Source: Thermoplasmata archaeon (GTDB taxonomy: Archaea; Thermoplasmatota; Thermoplasmata; GCA-020350865). From it: a DNA stretch of 64,000 nt. The position numbers and the translations under genes are program-made. Numbering within the stretch: position 1 is the stretch's first letter; every line of letters begins with the position of its first letter. The notes under the pieces were generated by a model. It was not told where the DNA came from, ran no database searches, and saw only the letters and a program-made list of their open reading frames with translations. Location of the stretch: assembly GCA_020348445.1 (NCBI GenBank), contig CP070751.1, forward strand, positions 96,001 to 160,000. The letters are read 5' to 3'. Positions 12,414-22,317 of this stretch are shown piece by piece.

Positions 12414-15400
12414 CTATTCAAAACCCCCGCCAATATCTTCTTCCTCTGAAACAGATTCGGAAACCGGTTCGGTAATATCCTCTTCCAACCCAATCCCTGC
12501 TTCCTCTTTTTCCAGGGATTTCATTTCCATTATATAATCGTCGATCTTCTTATCAAGAATCAGAAAGTGGTTTTCCTCGAGCTTGCCTTCCTTGACCTCG
12601 GCTTTAATATCTTCCCTAAGGGCGATTAGCTCCTGCTCGCACTCCTGGTAATTCTCTTTATATTTGTTGTATGTATCGTCCACCCTCTCCAAATACTGGC
12701 GAAGTTTGCTGCGCTTCTTTCTTAAGGATAGAAATCCAACAAGGAACAATAAAAGTGAAAATAGAATCGTAACACCAGTAATTATGGGTTCCCAAGTCTC
12801 CCAAAATGATGTCTCTTTTTCAGCTTCGCCTCCCGTGATAAAGGACCAATTGTGGTATTTCTGAAGAGCCCTTCCCTCTAAATCTTTTGCCTGTATCGAA
12901 ATGGTCACATTATATTGTGTCACCGCCTTTAAAGGAGAGCTGGGTGTAAAGGTAAGGGTAGCACCTATCCATTCATATACACCACCAACAGTTGGGGATA
13001 TTGTAAATGCACTTTCCACTGAATCTTGATCCATTGGTTTACTAAATGCTACAGAGATAGTGGTATCTAATGGAACATTTGAACCTTCCGGAGAATAATC
13101 AACTACGCTTGGGTAAATTGAGTCGGCTCCTGTGATCGTTATATCGATGTCATTTGACGAATCAGGTTCTGTATTTGTACTCCCAGGCGTACTAAAATAT
13201 AAAATGTTTGGAGGATTTGCCTTATCTTTTACTTCAATATAATACTCGATCCCTTCAGAGGTAACCACAGTCCCTGGTATATCTGCCGAGTAAACATTAC
13301 CATTTGCTGTCATATGGATCTGGGCGTAGGATGTCTCAGTGGGTTTCTTATAATACAATATAACATTTTCCACACCGCTTCCATCGTCTGTTACAGTTGC
13401 TGTGATGTTTATTGGATCTCCTATTGTTCCGCTTGTAACAGGTGTATGAGTAATGGTGGGCGGATCTGTATCGATATATATGTCCACATAACCATCAATG
13501 TAATTACCAGCCTCATCGAAGGCCCTTACTGTGATGTTATGGATTCCATCGATTTGGGGTGGAAACAAATATGGACTCGATTGTGTTGAAAAACCTCCTG
13601 TGCCTATTTTTACCTCATAATGATCAATACCGCTGGTTGCATCTGTTGTTGAGAAAGTGATATTAAAATTAGAATTTGAAGTCCAGCTAGCATAATCAGC
13701 AACAGGAGTAAAACTGCTTGGGGAATTCGTATCCAATTGCATGATTCCTATTCCGTAATTCAAATAATTTTTATTACCCACATTGTCTTCGAGCCACAGA
13801 TATATGTTCGTCGCACCTTCGGGGGCATTGGTAATGGTAAAGGGTTTCTCTGATGTCCATGTACCATCTGACTGGGATGAGGGAGGTGAGTTCCCTATAT
13901 AATAATATACACCTGTCTTTATTCCAGAATCATCAAAGGGTTCTGTCCAATCGATGGTAAATGAATTTGTATAAGTCCAGGTACTTGGGTTAATAGTCAT
14001 GCCTGTAGGCTCAGTTGGAGCAGAACCATCATAATATACAATTACAGAATTGTGATTGTTATAATCCACATTACCTCCGTCATCTTTTAGCCAGACATAT
14101 ATCGTATGTTGGCCGTCACCAGAAACTGTGATATCACTAATAGAACTGATGCCTGGATTTAAAACATAAGTACCATCGGTATTTGATGTCGGTGGGGAAT
14201 CTAGCTTATAATATGCACCCATGATTCCCGAGTCGTCGACGGGGTTTGTCCATGTGACTGTAAATGAATTTGTGGGTGTCCATGTGGAAGGATCAGCTGC
14301 AATACCTATTGGCAAAGATGGTGCAGTGCTATCATAATACAAGAATGTGGAATTATAGGTGGTATGATTTGTATTGCCTGCAAGATCAACTAACCAAATA
14401 TAGATCGTGTGTTGACCCTCACCAGTAACTGTAATGTCCTCGATGGAGGAAACTCCTGAACCGGGAACATAAGTTCCATCAGTATCAGATGTAGGAGGAC
14501 TGTCCAACTTATAGTAAGTCCCTGCTATTCCCGAGAGTTCGCTTGGATCTGTCCATGTAACATCGAACGAGTTCGTGGGTGCCCAGGTATCGGGAGCGCC
14601 CATCACATCTGTGGGTGTTGAAGGTGCAGTGCTATCATAATACAAAACAGTAGTGGAATACGTTGTATAATCAGTATTACTTGCGTTGTCTTTTAACCAG
14701 ATATAAATTGTATGTGCACCGTCTCCAGAAACAGTGATATCGTTTAATGAAGTTATTCCCCCTCCAGCCACATAAGTTCCGTCAGTATCAGATGTAGGGG
14801 GATTGTCCAATTTGTAAAAAGCTCCGGCTATTCCCGATAAATCGGCTGGATTTGTCCACAAAACATCAAACAAATTTGTCGACGTCCAGGAACTTGGATT
14901 TGCAGTTACATCTAATGGTGAAGATGGTGCGGTGGCATCGTAGTACAGGGTTGTCTCGTTATAAGTGGAATAATCTGTGTTACTTGCATTGTCTTCCAAC
15001 CAGATATAGATTTGATGTGCACCCTCAGTATTTACACTAATAGCGCCAATTGAATTGATCCCTGGGTCTGAGTGAGATAAATCAAAGTCAGTATTTGATG
15101 TGGGGGGTGAATCCAATTTCATATATGCGCCTGCAATACCTGAGGTGTCAAAAGGATTTGTCCAGTAAATATCAAAGTTATCGTCATTGGTCCAACTGCT
15201 TGGGACGGCAGTAATATCAATGGGAGAGGACGGGGGGATAGAATCATAATACAGAATCGTTGTGTTATAATTGGTATAATCCACATTATTTACTACATCT
15301 TTTAACCAGATGTAAATTGTATGTTCACCGTCTCCGGAAACTGTAATGCTGCTAATAGAATTCACTGCACCTGGTACGTAAGTTCCATCTGTATTTGATG

Positions 15401-17855
15401 TTGGTGGGGAATCCAGTTTATAATAGGCTCCTGCTATTCCCGATAGATCTGTAGGATCAGCCCATGTTACTTCAAAGAAATTGGTAGATGTCCAAGTTAA
15501 AGGATCTGCCCTAATTTCATCCGGTGACAAGACAGTAGTATCTATTGTAAAAGACCAATTGAGGCTGTACGGGCTCCAATCCCCATCATCATCCCTTGTG
15601 CGGACTTTCCAGAACCAGATTCCATCGGTTATTTCAGTGTAACCAGTATTTATTGGAAACTGCCAGAATTCATCTGTGGAGCTCTGCTGACCGCTGTCGT
15701 AGTCCACACTACCAAAGTTATAGTCATCATCAATTAAAACCTGAAATCCATCTTGAAATCCATCCGAATCGGAAAATTGCCACCTGAACATGGGCGTACT
15801 ATCGTTTGTGATTAAGTCGGCTGGGGGAGTATTTAAATTTGGTGCATCTGGAATAAAATTGTAAAATATTGTTACATCCTCTAAAATGGGTGAAACACTT
15901 GCATCTATGGTATCTAAATATACCTTGTATTGAATCCATGAGTCAAAATCATGACCAGACCATATATCGGTTCCCGAGAACTCATAATAAGTTGATGCGC
16001 TTCCGCCGGGGCCCACAAAATCAATTGTGCTGTCACTATTCAATTGAAATTTGATATTTGTATTAAGAGGTTCAAAAGCGGTCCAAGTTATAGTTTTCCA
16101 TTTAACATCCGAGGCAAGATTTAATTGTTGTGATTCCAACGATCCAGAATATAAATATTGACTGTATGAGAGAGCAATATTTTGAACAACTGGAGAGCTA
16201 ATATTATCTGAAGAAAAATTCATTTGGTAGTAGAATTCACCTCCTTGCCAAGCCAAATATGCTAGATCAATGAAATTAAAACCATCAGATAAAATATCCC
16301 AACCATTCAATGTCCCGCTGGAATTATACCAATTTATTGAATCCTGGGAAAATTGCATTTTGATTTCTGTTTCGGGTAATACCGAGGCAGTACATGTAAA
16401 GTTATTGATTGAGTGAGCTCTTTGGCCTGAAAGCAAATTTACTGAGGTTATTTCACCATAAAAGAAGGGCACACAACCAGTTTCATTGGTTTTAATCAAC
16501 CATACATCAGAATCGGGATCACCAAAAGAATATGTGCTTCCAGTGAGGATAAAGCCCTTATCAGAAGTTACTTGGATTGAATAACAAGTATCTGTGCTAC
16601 CCCCGCCAAAGGTCTTGTTCCATTTCTCATTTCCAGAAGAATCTGTTTTAATTAGCCAAACATCATCGCCTCCCATACCATAAGATTGTGTATGCCCAGC
16701 GATGATAAAGCCACCATCTGGTGTCTCCCGGACTGAATAACCCCTATCTGATCTATCCCCGCCAAAGGTCTTGCTCCATTCCTCAATTCCAGAAGAGTCT
16801 GTTTTAATTAGCCGAACATCATAGTGTCCAGTAAACCATGAATATCCGGTGATGATAAAGCCACCGTCGGATGTTTCCTGGACTGATCGACCAAAATCAC
16901 TATTACTCCCACCAAAAGTTCTATTCCATTGCTCATTACCTATAGAATCTGTTTTAATCAGCCATACATCATCGTTTCCAGCACCAAAGGATTCTGTATC
17001 TCCTGCGATAATAAAACCACTGTCGGATGTCTCCTGAACTGATATACCATAATCCCCTTGACTTCCGCCAAACGTTTTATTCCATTCCTCAGAACCAGAG
17101 CTATCGGTCTTTATCAGCCATGCATCAGTGCCTCCAGCTCCCCAAGAATACGTATGTCCCGCAATGATAAAGCCGCCGTCGGATGTCTCCTGGACTGATG
17201 TACCTAAATCAGTATTAATCCCGCCGAAGCGCTTTTTCCATTTCTCAACACCAGAGCTGTCGGCATTTATTAAAATTCCTTGAACATCACCTGCTTCCAT
17301 ATTCCCAGTGATGATATAGCCGCCAGTAGATATCTCCTGGACTGATGAATCCCCATATGCAAATACAACTCCGGTGAAAGTGTTATTCCACTCCTCAAAG
17401 CCAGAGCTGTCGGTTTTTATTAACCATCCCGCTGATCCAGTTTCATACGTCGACCCAGCGATTATAAAGCCGCCATCAGAAGTTTCCTGGACTGAATATC
17501 CATGATCATCCCAACCAGCAAGCCTATCAAAGGTTTTGTTAAATTTTAAAAGCCTTGCATCCCCTGAAACATTATCGACGAATATATTATTTATATAACT
17601 GATTTTGGATTCGTTTATAAAATTATCTTCGATTATTTTATCCATTAATTTGAGAGTGACATTACCTTCACTTGTAACTGTCACATTGGTCAATATTCCT
17701 GTATTGAAATCAGCCTCCGTCGTCTGCACCCAACTCGAACCTGCAGATGCATTATCCACAAATGGCCCATCAAAAGGCATTACTTGAATTGCAGTCAATA
17801 TCAGCAATATCCCTAGAGACACTCGAAATACTCGTCTTACCTTTCGCCCACACAT
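12414..17855 (-). CDS. Cell-surface protein paralog 3 (1813 aa): 7-blade propeller, six ~100-aa repeats unique to this paralog, 1 Ig stalk repeat, SbsA-like Ig domain, TM, cytoplasmic tail
   Basis: ORF track. Same N-terminal chassis and tail as its neighbours, ending GGGFE. Confidence 0.9.
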   Translation of the reverse strand: MCGRKVRRVFRVSLGILLILTAIQVMPFDGPFVDNASAGSSWVQTTEADFNTGILTNVTVTSEGNVTLKLMDKIIEDNFINESKISYINNIFVDNVSGDARLLKFNKTFDRLAGWDDHGYSVQETSDGGFIIAGSTYETGSAGWLIKTDSSGFEEWNNTFTGVVFAYGDSSVQEISTGGYIITGNMEAGDVQGILINADSSGVEKWKKRFGGINTDLGTSVQETSDGGFIIAGHTYSWGAGGTDAWLIKTDSSGSEEWNKTFGGSQGDYGISVQETSDSGFIIAGDTESFGAGNDDVWLIKTDSIGNEQWNRTFGGSNSDFGRSVQETSDGGFIITGYSWFTGHYDVRLIKTDSSGIEEWSKTFGGDRSDRGYSVRETPDGGFIIAGHTQSYGMGGDDVWLIKTDSSGNEKWNKTFGGGSTDTCYSIQVTSDKGFILTGSTYSFGDPDSDVWLIKTNETGCVPFFYGEITSVNLLSGQRAHSINNFTCTASVLPETEIKMQFSQDSINWYNSSGTLNGWDILSDGFNFIDLAYLAWQGGEFYYQMNFSSDNISSPVVQNIALSYSQYLYSGSLESQQLNLASDVKWKTITWTAFEPLNTNIKFQLNSDSTIDFVGPGGSASTYYEFSGTDIWSGHDFDSWIQYKVYLDTIDASVSPILEDVTIFYNFIPDAPNLNTPPADLITNDSTPMFRWQFSDSDGFQDGFQVLIDDDYNFGSVDYDSGQQSSTDEFWQFPINTGYTEITDGIWFWKVRTRDDDGDWSPYSLNWSFTIDTTVLSPDEIRADPLTWTSTNFFEVTWADPTDLSGIAGAYYKLDSPPTSNTDGTYVPGAVNSISSITVSGDGEHTIYIWLKDVVNNVDYTNYNTTILYYDSIPPSSPIDITAVPSSWTNDDNFDIYWTNPFDTSGIAGAYMKLDSPPTSNTDFDLSHSDPGINSIGAISVNTEGAHQIYIWLEDNASNTDYSTYNETTLYYDATAPSSPLDVTANPSSWTSTNLFDVLWTNPADLSGIAGAFYKLDNPPTSDTDGTYVAGGGITSLNDITVSGDGAHTIYIWLKDNASNTDYTTYSTTVLYYDSTAPSTPTDVMGAPDTWAPTNSFDVTWTDPSELSGIAGTYYKLDSPPTSDTDGTYVPGSGVSSIEDITVTGEGQHTIYIWLVDLAGNTNHTTYNSTFLYYDSTAPSLPIGIAADPSTWTPTNSFTVTWTNPVDDSGIMGAYYKLDSPPTSNTDGTYVLNPGISSISDITVSGDGQHTIYVWLKDDGGNVDYNNHNSVIVYYDGSAPTEPTGMTINPSTWTYTNSFTIDWTEPFDDSGIKTGVYYYIGNSPPSSQSDGTWTSEKPFTITNAPEGATNIYLWLEDNVGNKNYLNYGIGIMQLDTNSPSSFTPVADYASWTSNSNFNITFSTTDATSGIDHYEVKIGTGGFSTQSSPYLFPPQIDGIHNITVRAFDEAGNYIDGYVDIYIDTDPPTITHTPVTSGTIGDPINITATVTDDGSGVENVILYYKKPTETSYAQIHMTANGNVYSADIPGTVVTSEGIEYYIEVKDKANPPNILYFSTPGSTNTEPDSSNDIDITITGADSIYPSVVDYSPEGSNVPLDTTISVAFSKPMDQDSVESAFTISPTVGGVYEWIGATLTFTPSSPLKAVTQYNVTISIQAKDLEGRALQKYHNWSFITGGEAEKETSFWETWEPIITGVTILFSLLLFLVGFLSLRKKRSKLRQYLERVDDTYNKYKENYQECEQELIALREDIKAEVKEGKLEENHFLILDKKIDDYIMEMKSLEKEEAGIGLEEDITEPVSESVSEEEDIGGGFE
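13740..15545 (-). repeat. Six ~100-aa Ig/FN3-like repeats (PxxWTxxNxFxVxWxxPxDxSGIAGAYYKLDSPPTSxTDG...HTIYIWLKD)
   Basis: Six copies counted in the translation of paralog 3 and absent from the other paralogs. Boundaries are approximate. Confidence 0.75.
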
Positions 17856-17920
17856 GTTGGCCCCCTCCGAGTTACTGTAAATTTAATTGATTAGATATAA
17901 TATGGATATTTAAAATTATC
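17856..17920 (-). promoter_or_regulatory. Conserved promoter/RBS cassette, copy 3
   Basis: AGATATAATATG-GA-TATTTAAAATTATC at 17893-17920, plus a GGAGGGGG RBS. Confidence 0.75.
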
Positions 17921-17948
17921 TTCCTTTAAGACTAACTCCTCTTCTTCC

Positions 17949-20900
17949 CTATTCAAATCCCCCGCCAATATCTTCATCCTCGGAAACAGGCTCTGTAATG
18001 TCCGCTTCCAACACTGCCCCTGCTTCCTCTTTTTCCAGGGCTTTCATTTCCATTAGATAATCATCGATCTTCTTATCCAGAATTAGGAAGTGGTTTTCCT
18101 CGAGCTTGCCTTCCTTTACCTCGGCTTTAATGTCCTCCCTAAGAGCGATCAGTTCTTGCTCGCATTCTTGAGGATCCTTTTTATATTTATTGAATGTATC
18201 ATCTATTCTTTCAATATACTGTCGGAGTTTGCTGCGTTTCTTTCTTATAGTTAGGAACCCAATAAGAAATATAATAATTGAAGCTAGGACCGTTAGACCA
18301 GTGACTATTGGTTCCAAGTTTTCCCAGCTAAATAATCCTTTCTCTTCGGGCGCTTTTTCGGTAATAAACGACCAAGTGTGGTTACGCTCAAGACCAATAC
18401 CATCTAAATTCTTCGCTCGTGTGGAGATACTCACATTATATAAGGTTTCATATGCTAATGGAGAGCTAGGAGTAAACTCGAGAGTATGCCCACGCCAAGT
18501 GAATACCCCCTTTACACTTGGAGTTATTGAAAACGCCTGTTCAGTTTCACCCTTTATCATTTCCTCACTAAATGAAACTTCTATGGTCGTACTGACCTTA
18601 ACATCAGTACCTATTGGCGACCAAGACAAATCTACAACATTTGGGTGAGTTATACCGTTAGCTTGGGTTGTTGTAATAAATTGCCAATTGTATTCACGGG
18701 TCATATTATTACCAGCTAAATCCGTCGCATTTCTTGAAATACTCAACTCGTAGATAGTACCAACTGATAAGGGTGAACTAGGTGTAAAAGTTAGAACTGA
18801 TATCCCTTGCCATGAAAATACTCCAGATGTAGTTGGAGAAATCGAAAATGAATCTTCCACTGAGGTTCTATTCATTTCTTCACTAAATACGATGGTAATT
18901 GTTGTATCTATAGGGACATCAGAGCCTTCTGGGGAATAATCAAGTATTGTTGGCGGCCATGTATCATCTTCTGTTATGGTAATACCGATATCAGTTGAAG
19001 GAACAGGCTGTGTATCAGTTTGTCCACTTCCGCCATAATAAGCGATATTGTTCGCTTTATCCACTGCTTTTATGTAGTAATCGATACCATCCAAAGTAAC
19101 TGCACTTCCTGGTATTTCACCAGAGTATGTATTTCCATTGGCAGTCATTTGCTGTTCTGTGTATGACGGATCACTGGATTTTTTATAATACAAAAATGCA
19201 TATTCTACACCACTACCATCATCTGTCACACCTGCAGAAATAATAATTGGGGTGCCTGATGTACCACTGGTAACTGGTGTATGGGTAATTACGGGTAAGC
19301 TCGTGTCATCTGCTACTGTAATATCGATGTCATTTGATGAGATAGGCTCAATATCAATTGGGCCAAAAGCACCATAATATATGATATTGGGTGAATCGGC
19401 ATTGTCAACTGCTTTGATATAATATTCAAGTCCGTCTGTGGTAATGGCAGTTCCAGGTATTTCTACAAAGTAAGTATTTCCATCGGCGCTCATTTGCTGC
19501 TGGGTGTAGGTCGTTTCAATGGGTTTTTTAATGTACAGAAATACATCTTGGATACCGCTATCATCATCCACAACCTCTGCTGTGATATTAATTGGCACAC
19601 CTATAATACCACTGATAACAGGTGTATGGGTGATAGAAGAGGGAGTGGTATCAATATAAACATCTACATAACTTTCATAATAATTTGCAGCTTCATCGTA
19701 AGCTCTTACTGTGATGTTATGGACCCCGTCAGTCTGAGAAGGTATTGTATATGGGCTAGTCTGGGTAGAAAAACCACCACTATCGATCTTTACCTCATAG
19801 CGATTAACACCTGTGGTTACATCTGTAGTAGAGAATGTAATTACTGGTTGGGTATTGCTCGTCCAGCCGCTTGGATCAGCTGTGGGTGTAAAACTGACTG
19901 GAGGCGTGGCATCTATTGTGATGTTCCAGTAGATACTATAAGGTCCCCAGTCACCATCACTGTCTTTTGTCCTTACTTTCCAATACCAGTTACCGTCAGC
20001 AATTGGGAGGATTGGTGTGTACGATGGAGTTCCTGAAGTCCTCTCCCCGCTATTATAATTAACACTACCAAATCCGCTATCATCGTCTATTAGAACCTGA
20101 AAGCCACCGTGAGTGCTGTCTGTATCAAAAAAATTCCAAGTAAACACAGGTTTACTATTGTTTGTGAGAGTATCGTCTGCGGGACTTAACAATTGAGGTT
20201 CTAATGGAATATAATTATAAAATATTGTTATCTCTTCTAAAACAGGTGTATAACTTGTATCTGTGGTTTCTAGATATACCTTGTATTGAATCCACTGGTC
20301 AGAATCATGGACAAACAAGATATCGGTCCCAGGGATTTCATAATAACTTGCGGGAGTTCCGTCAGGACCTAAAAAATCGCCTCCTGAGCTTTGGCTTTTC
20401 AATTGAAATTTGATACTTGTGTTAGTAGGTTCTGCGCCGGTCCAACTTATAGTTGTCCAGTTTACACCATTACCTGCATCAAAAACCTGTGATATTAAAT
20501 TGCCTTCAGATAAGTATTTTGTGAATGAAACATTAATACCATGAACACTTGGAGCGTCTATAGTATCAGATGTAAAGTTCAATTTGTAATAAAAGTGAGA
20601 ACCTAGCCAACTCAAGGATGATAAGTTTATTAAATTCATACCATCATTTAGTAAATCCCATTCATTTTCCGATCCACTAGAATTATACCAATTAATATTA
20701 TTTTGGGAAAATTGTACCTTTATTTTGGTCTTGGATGGTATCGATGTATTACAAGTGAAATTGTTTATCAAATTAGCTTCTTCATCTACAATTAAATTTC
20801 TTGAGGTCAATTCACCGTAATAAAAGGGCACATAACCAGTATCATTGGTTTTAATAAGCCAGACATCAGAGCCTCCGGCACCGTAAGAGGATGTGCCCCC

Positions 20901-22223
20901 GGTGATAATAAAACCGCCATCAGAGGTCTCCCGAACCTCTTGACCATTATCACCTAAACTCCCACCAAATGTTCTATTCCACTGTTCAATTCCCGAAGAA
21001 TTGATTTTAATGAGCCATAAATCTGAGCTTCCAACACTGTAAGAGTTTGTTTTTCCAGTAACGATAAAACCACCATCAGATGTTTCTTGGACTGAATATC
21101 CCCGGTCATCATCGCTTCCACCGAAGCTCTCATTCCACAGTTCATTTCCGGAAGAATCGGTTTTAATTAGCCAGGCATTATAATTATTAGCACCAAAAGA
21201 GTTCGTATATCCTGTCATAATATAGCCGCCATCCGAAGTCTCTTGAACTGAATAACCATAGTCCGATCCTTCCCCACCGAGGGTCTTGTTCCACACCTCA
21301 GAACCTAATCCACTGACTTTTATCACCCATGCATCAGCTTTTCCTGCACCCCAAGATGATGTAGATCCAGTTATAATATAGCCTTTATCCGATGTTACCT
21401 GAACCTCCTGACCGACATCTCCAAAACTCCCGCCGAAGGTCCTATTCCACTTTAAATCACCTCCAGAATCTGTTTTAATCAACCACGCATCATTATTTCC
21501 TGCACCCCAAGATGCTGTTTGCCCGGCGATGATATAACCGCCATCGGGAGTCTGTTGGACTGAGTTTCCAACATCTCCTAAACTCCCGCCGTAGTTATTG
21601 CTCCATTCTTCAACACCAGTGTCATTGGTCTTTATCAGCCATACATCACCATCAGGACTAATAGAGTATGTAACTCCAGTAATGATAAAGCCGCCATCAG
21701 AGGTTTCTTGAACTGATCTGCCTTCATCCTCATCCCACCCTCCACCGAAGGTCGTATTCCACTCCTCATCACCCGTGCTATTGGTTTTTATCAGCCATAC
21801 ATCATAGCCACCGTAAGATAGTGTATACCCCGTGATGATATAACCTCCGTCTGATGTCTGGTTGATAGAATATCCCACATCCTCATCAACCCCACCGAAG
21901 GTCTGATTAATTTTTTTAAGTTTTATTTCACCTAATATGGTATTTATATCTAAGTTCAATTTTTCCTCGATATAATAACAATCGAAGAAATCGTCTTTTA
22001 TATAATTTGCTTGTAAATTAAGTTTCAACTCACCCGTTGATGTAACATTCAAGTCAGTCAATGTCCCGTTATTAAAATCCTGGGCAGTCGTCTGCATCCA
22101 GCTCGAACTAGCAGAAGCGTTCTTGACAAGCGGCTCATCAAAAGGTATCACCTGAAATAAGGACAATATTAGCAATACACCTATGAACCATCGAAATACT
22201 CGTCTTACCTTACGCCCACACAT
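17949..22223 (-). CDS. Cell-surface protein paralog 4 (1424 aa): 7-blade propeller, 1 Ig stalk repeat, 2 ITHTPV-type domains, 2 SbsA-like Ig domains, TM, cytoplasmic tail
   Basis: ORF track; motifs as in the other paralogs; ends GGGFE. Confidence 0.9.
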   Translation of the reverse strand: MCGRKVRRVFRWFIGVLLILSLFQVIPFDEPLVKNASASSSWMQTTAQDFNNGTLTDLNVTSTGELKLNLQANYIKDDFFDCYYIEEKLNLDINTILGEIKLKKINQTFGGVDEDVGYSINQTSDGGYIITGYTLSYGGYDVWLIKTNSTGDEEWNTTFGGGWDEDEGRSVQETSDGGFIITGVTYSISPDGDVWLIKTNDTGVEEWSNNYGGSLGDVGNSVQQTPDGGYIIAGQTASWGAGNNDAWLIKTDSGGDLKWNRTFGGSFGDVGQEVQVTSDKGYIITGSTSSWGAGKADAWVIKVSGLGSEVWNKTLGGEGSDYGYSVQETSDGGYIMTGYTNSFGANNYNAWLIKTDSSGNELWNESFGGSDDDRGYSVQETSDGGFIVTGKTNSYSVGSSDLWLIKINSSGIEQWNRTFGGSLGDNGQEVRETSDGGFIITGGTSSYGAGGSDVWLIKTNDTGYVPFYYGELTSRNLIVDEEANLINNFTCNTSIPSKTKIKVQFSQNNINWYNSSGSENEWDLLNDGMNLINLSSLSWLGSHFYYKLNFTSDTIDAPSVHGINVSFTKYLSEGNLISQVFDAGNGVNWTTISWTGAEPTNTSIKFQLKSQSSGGDFLGPDGTPASYYEIPGTDILFVHDSDQWIQYKVYLETTDTSYTPVLEEITIFYNYIPLEPQLLSPADDTLTNNSKPVFTWNFFDTDSTHGGFQVLIDDDSGFGSVNYNSGERTSGTPSYTPILPIADGNWYWKVRTKDSDGDWGPYSIYWNITIDATPPVSFTPTADPSGWTSNTQPVITFSTTDVTTGVNRYEVKIDSGGFSTQTSPYTIPSQTDGVHNITVRAYDEAANYYESYVDVYIDTTPSSITHTPVISGIIGVPINITAEVVDDDSGIQDVFLYIKKPIETTYTQQQMSADGNTYFVEIPGTAITTDGLEYYIKAVDNADSPNIIYYGAFGPIDIEPISSNDIDITVADDTSLPVITHTPVTSGTSGTPIIISAGVTDDGSGVEYAFLYYKKSSDPSYTEQQMTANGNTYSGEIPGSAVTLDGIDYYIKAVDKANNIAYYGGSGQTDTQPVPSTDIGITITEDDTWPPTILDYSPEGSDVPIDTTITIVFSEEMNRTSVEDSFSISPTTSGVFSWQGISVLTFTPSSPLSVGTIYELSISRNATDLAGNNMTREYNWQFITTTQANGITHPNVVDLSWSPIGTDVKVSTTIEVSFSEEMIKGETEQAFSITPSVKGVFTWRGHTLEFTPSSPLAYETLYNVSISTRAKNLDGIGLERNHTWSFITEKAPEEKGLFSWENLEPIVTGLTVLASIIIFLIGFLTIRKKRSKLRQYIERIDDTFNKYKKDPQECEQELIALREDIKAEVKEGKLEENHFLILDKKIDDYLMEMKALEKEEAGAVLEADITEPVSEDEDIGGGFE

Positions 22224-22291
22224 TAGAAGCCCCCTCCGTGTTATTGTAAATCTTATGGATAAGATATAATATGGCTATTTAAAATTATCTT
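22224..22291 (-). promoter_or_regulatory. Conserved promoter/RBS cassette, copy 4
   Basis: Identical to copy 2 over 67 bp. Confidence 0.8.
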
Positions 22292-22317
22292 CCTTTAAGG
22301 ATGGCTACTCTTCTACC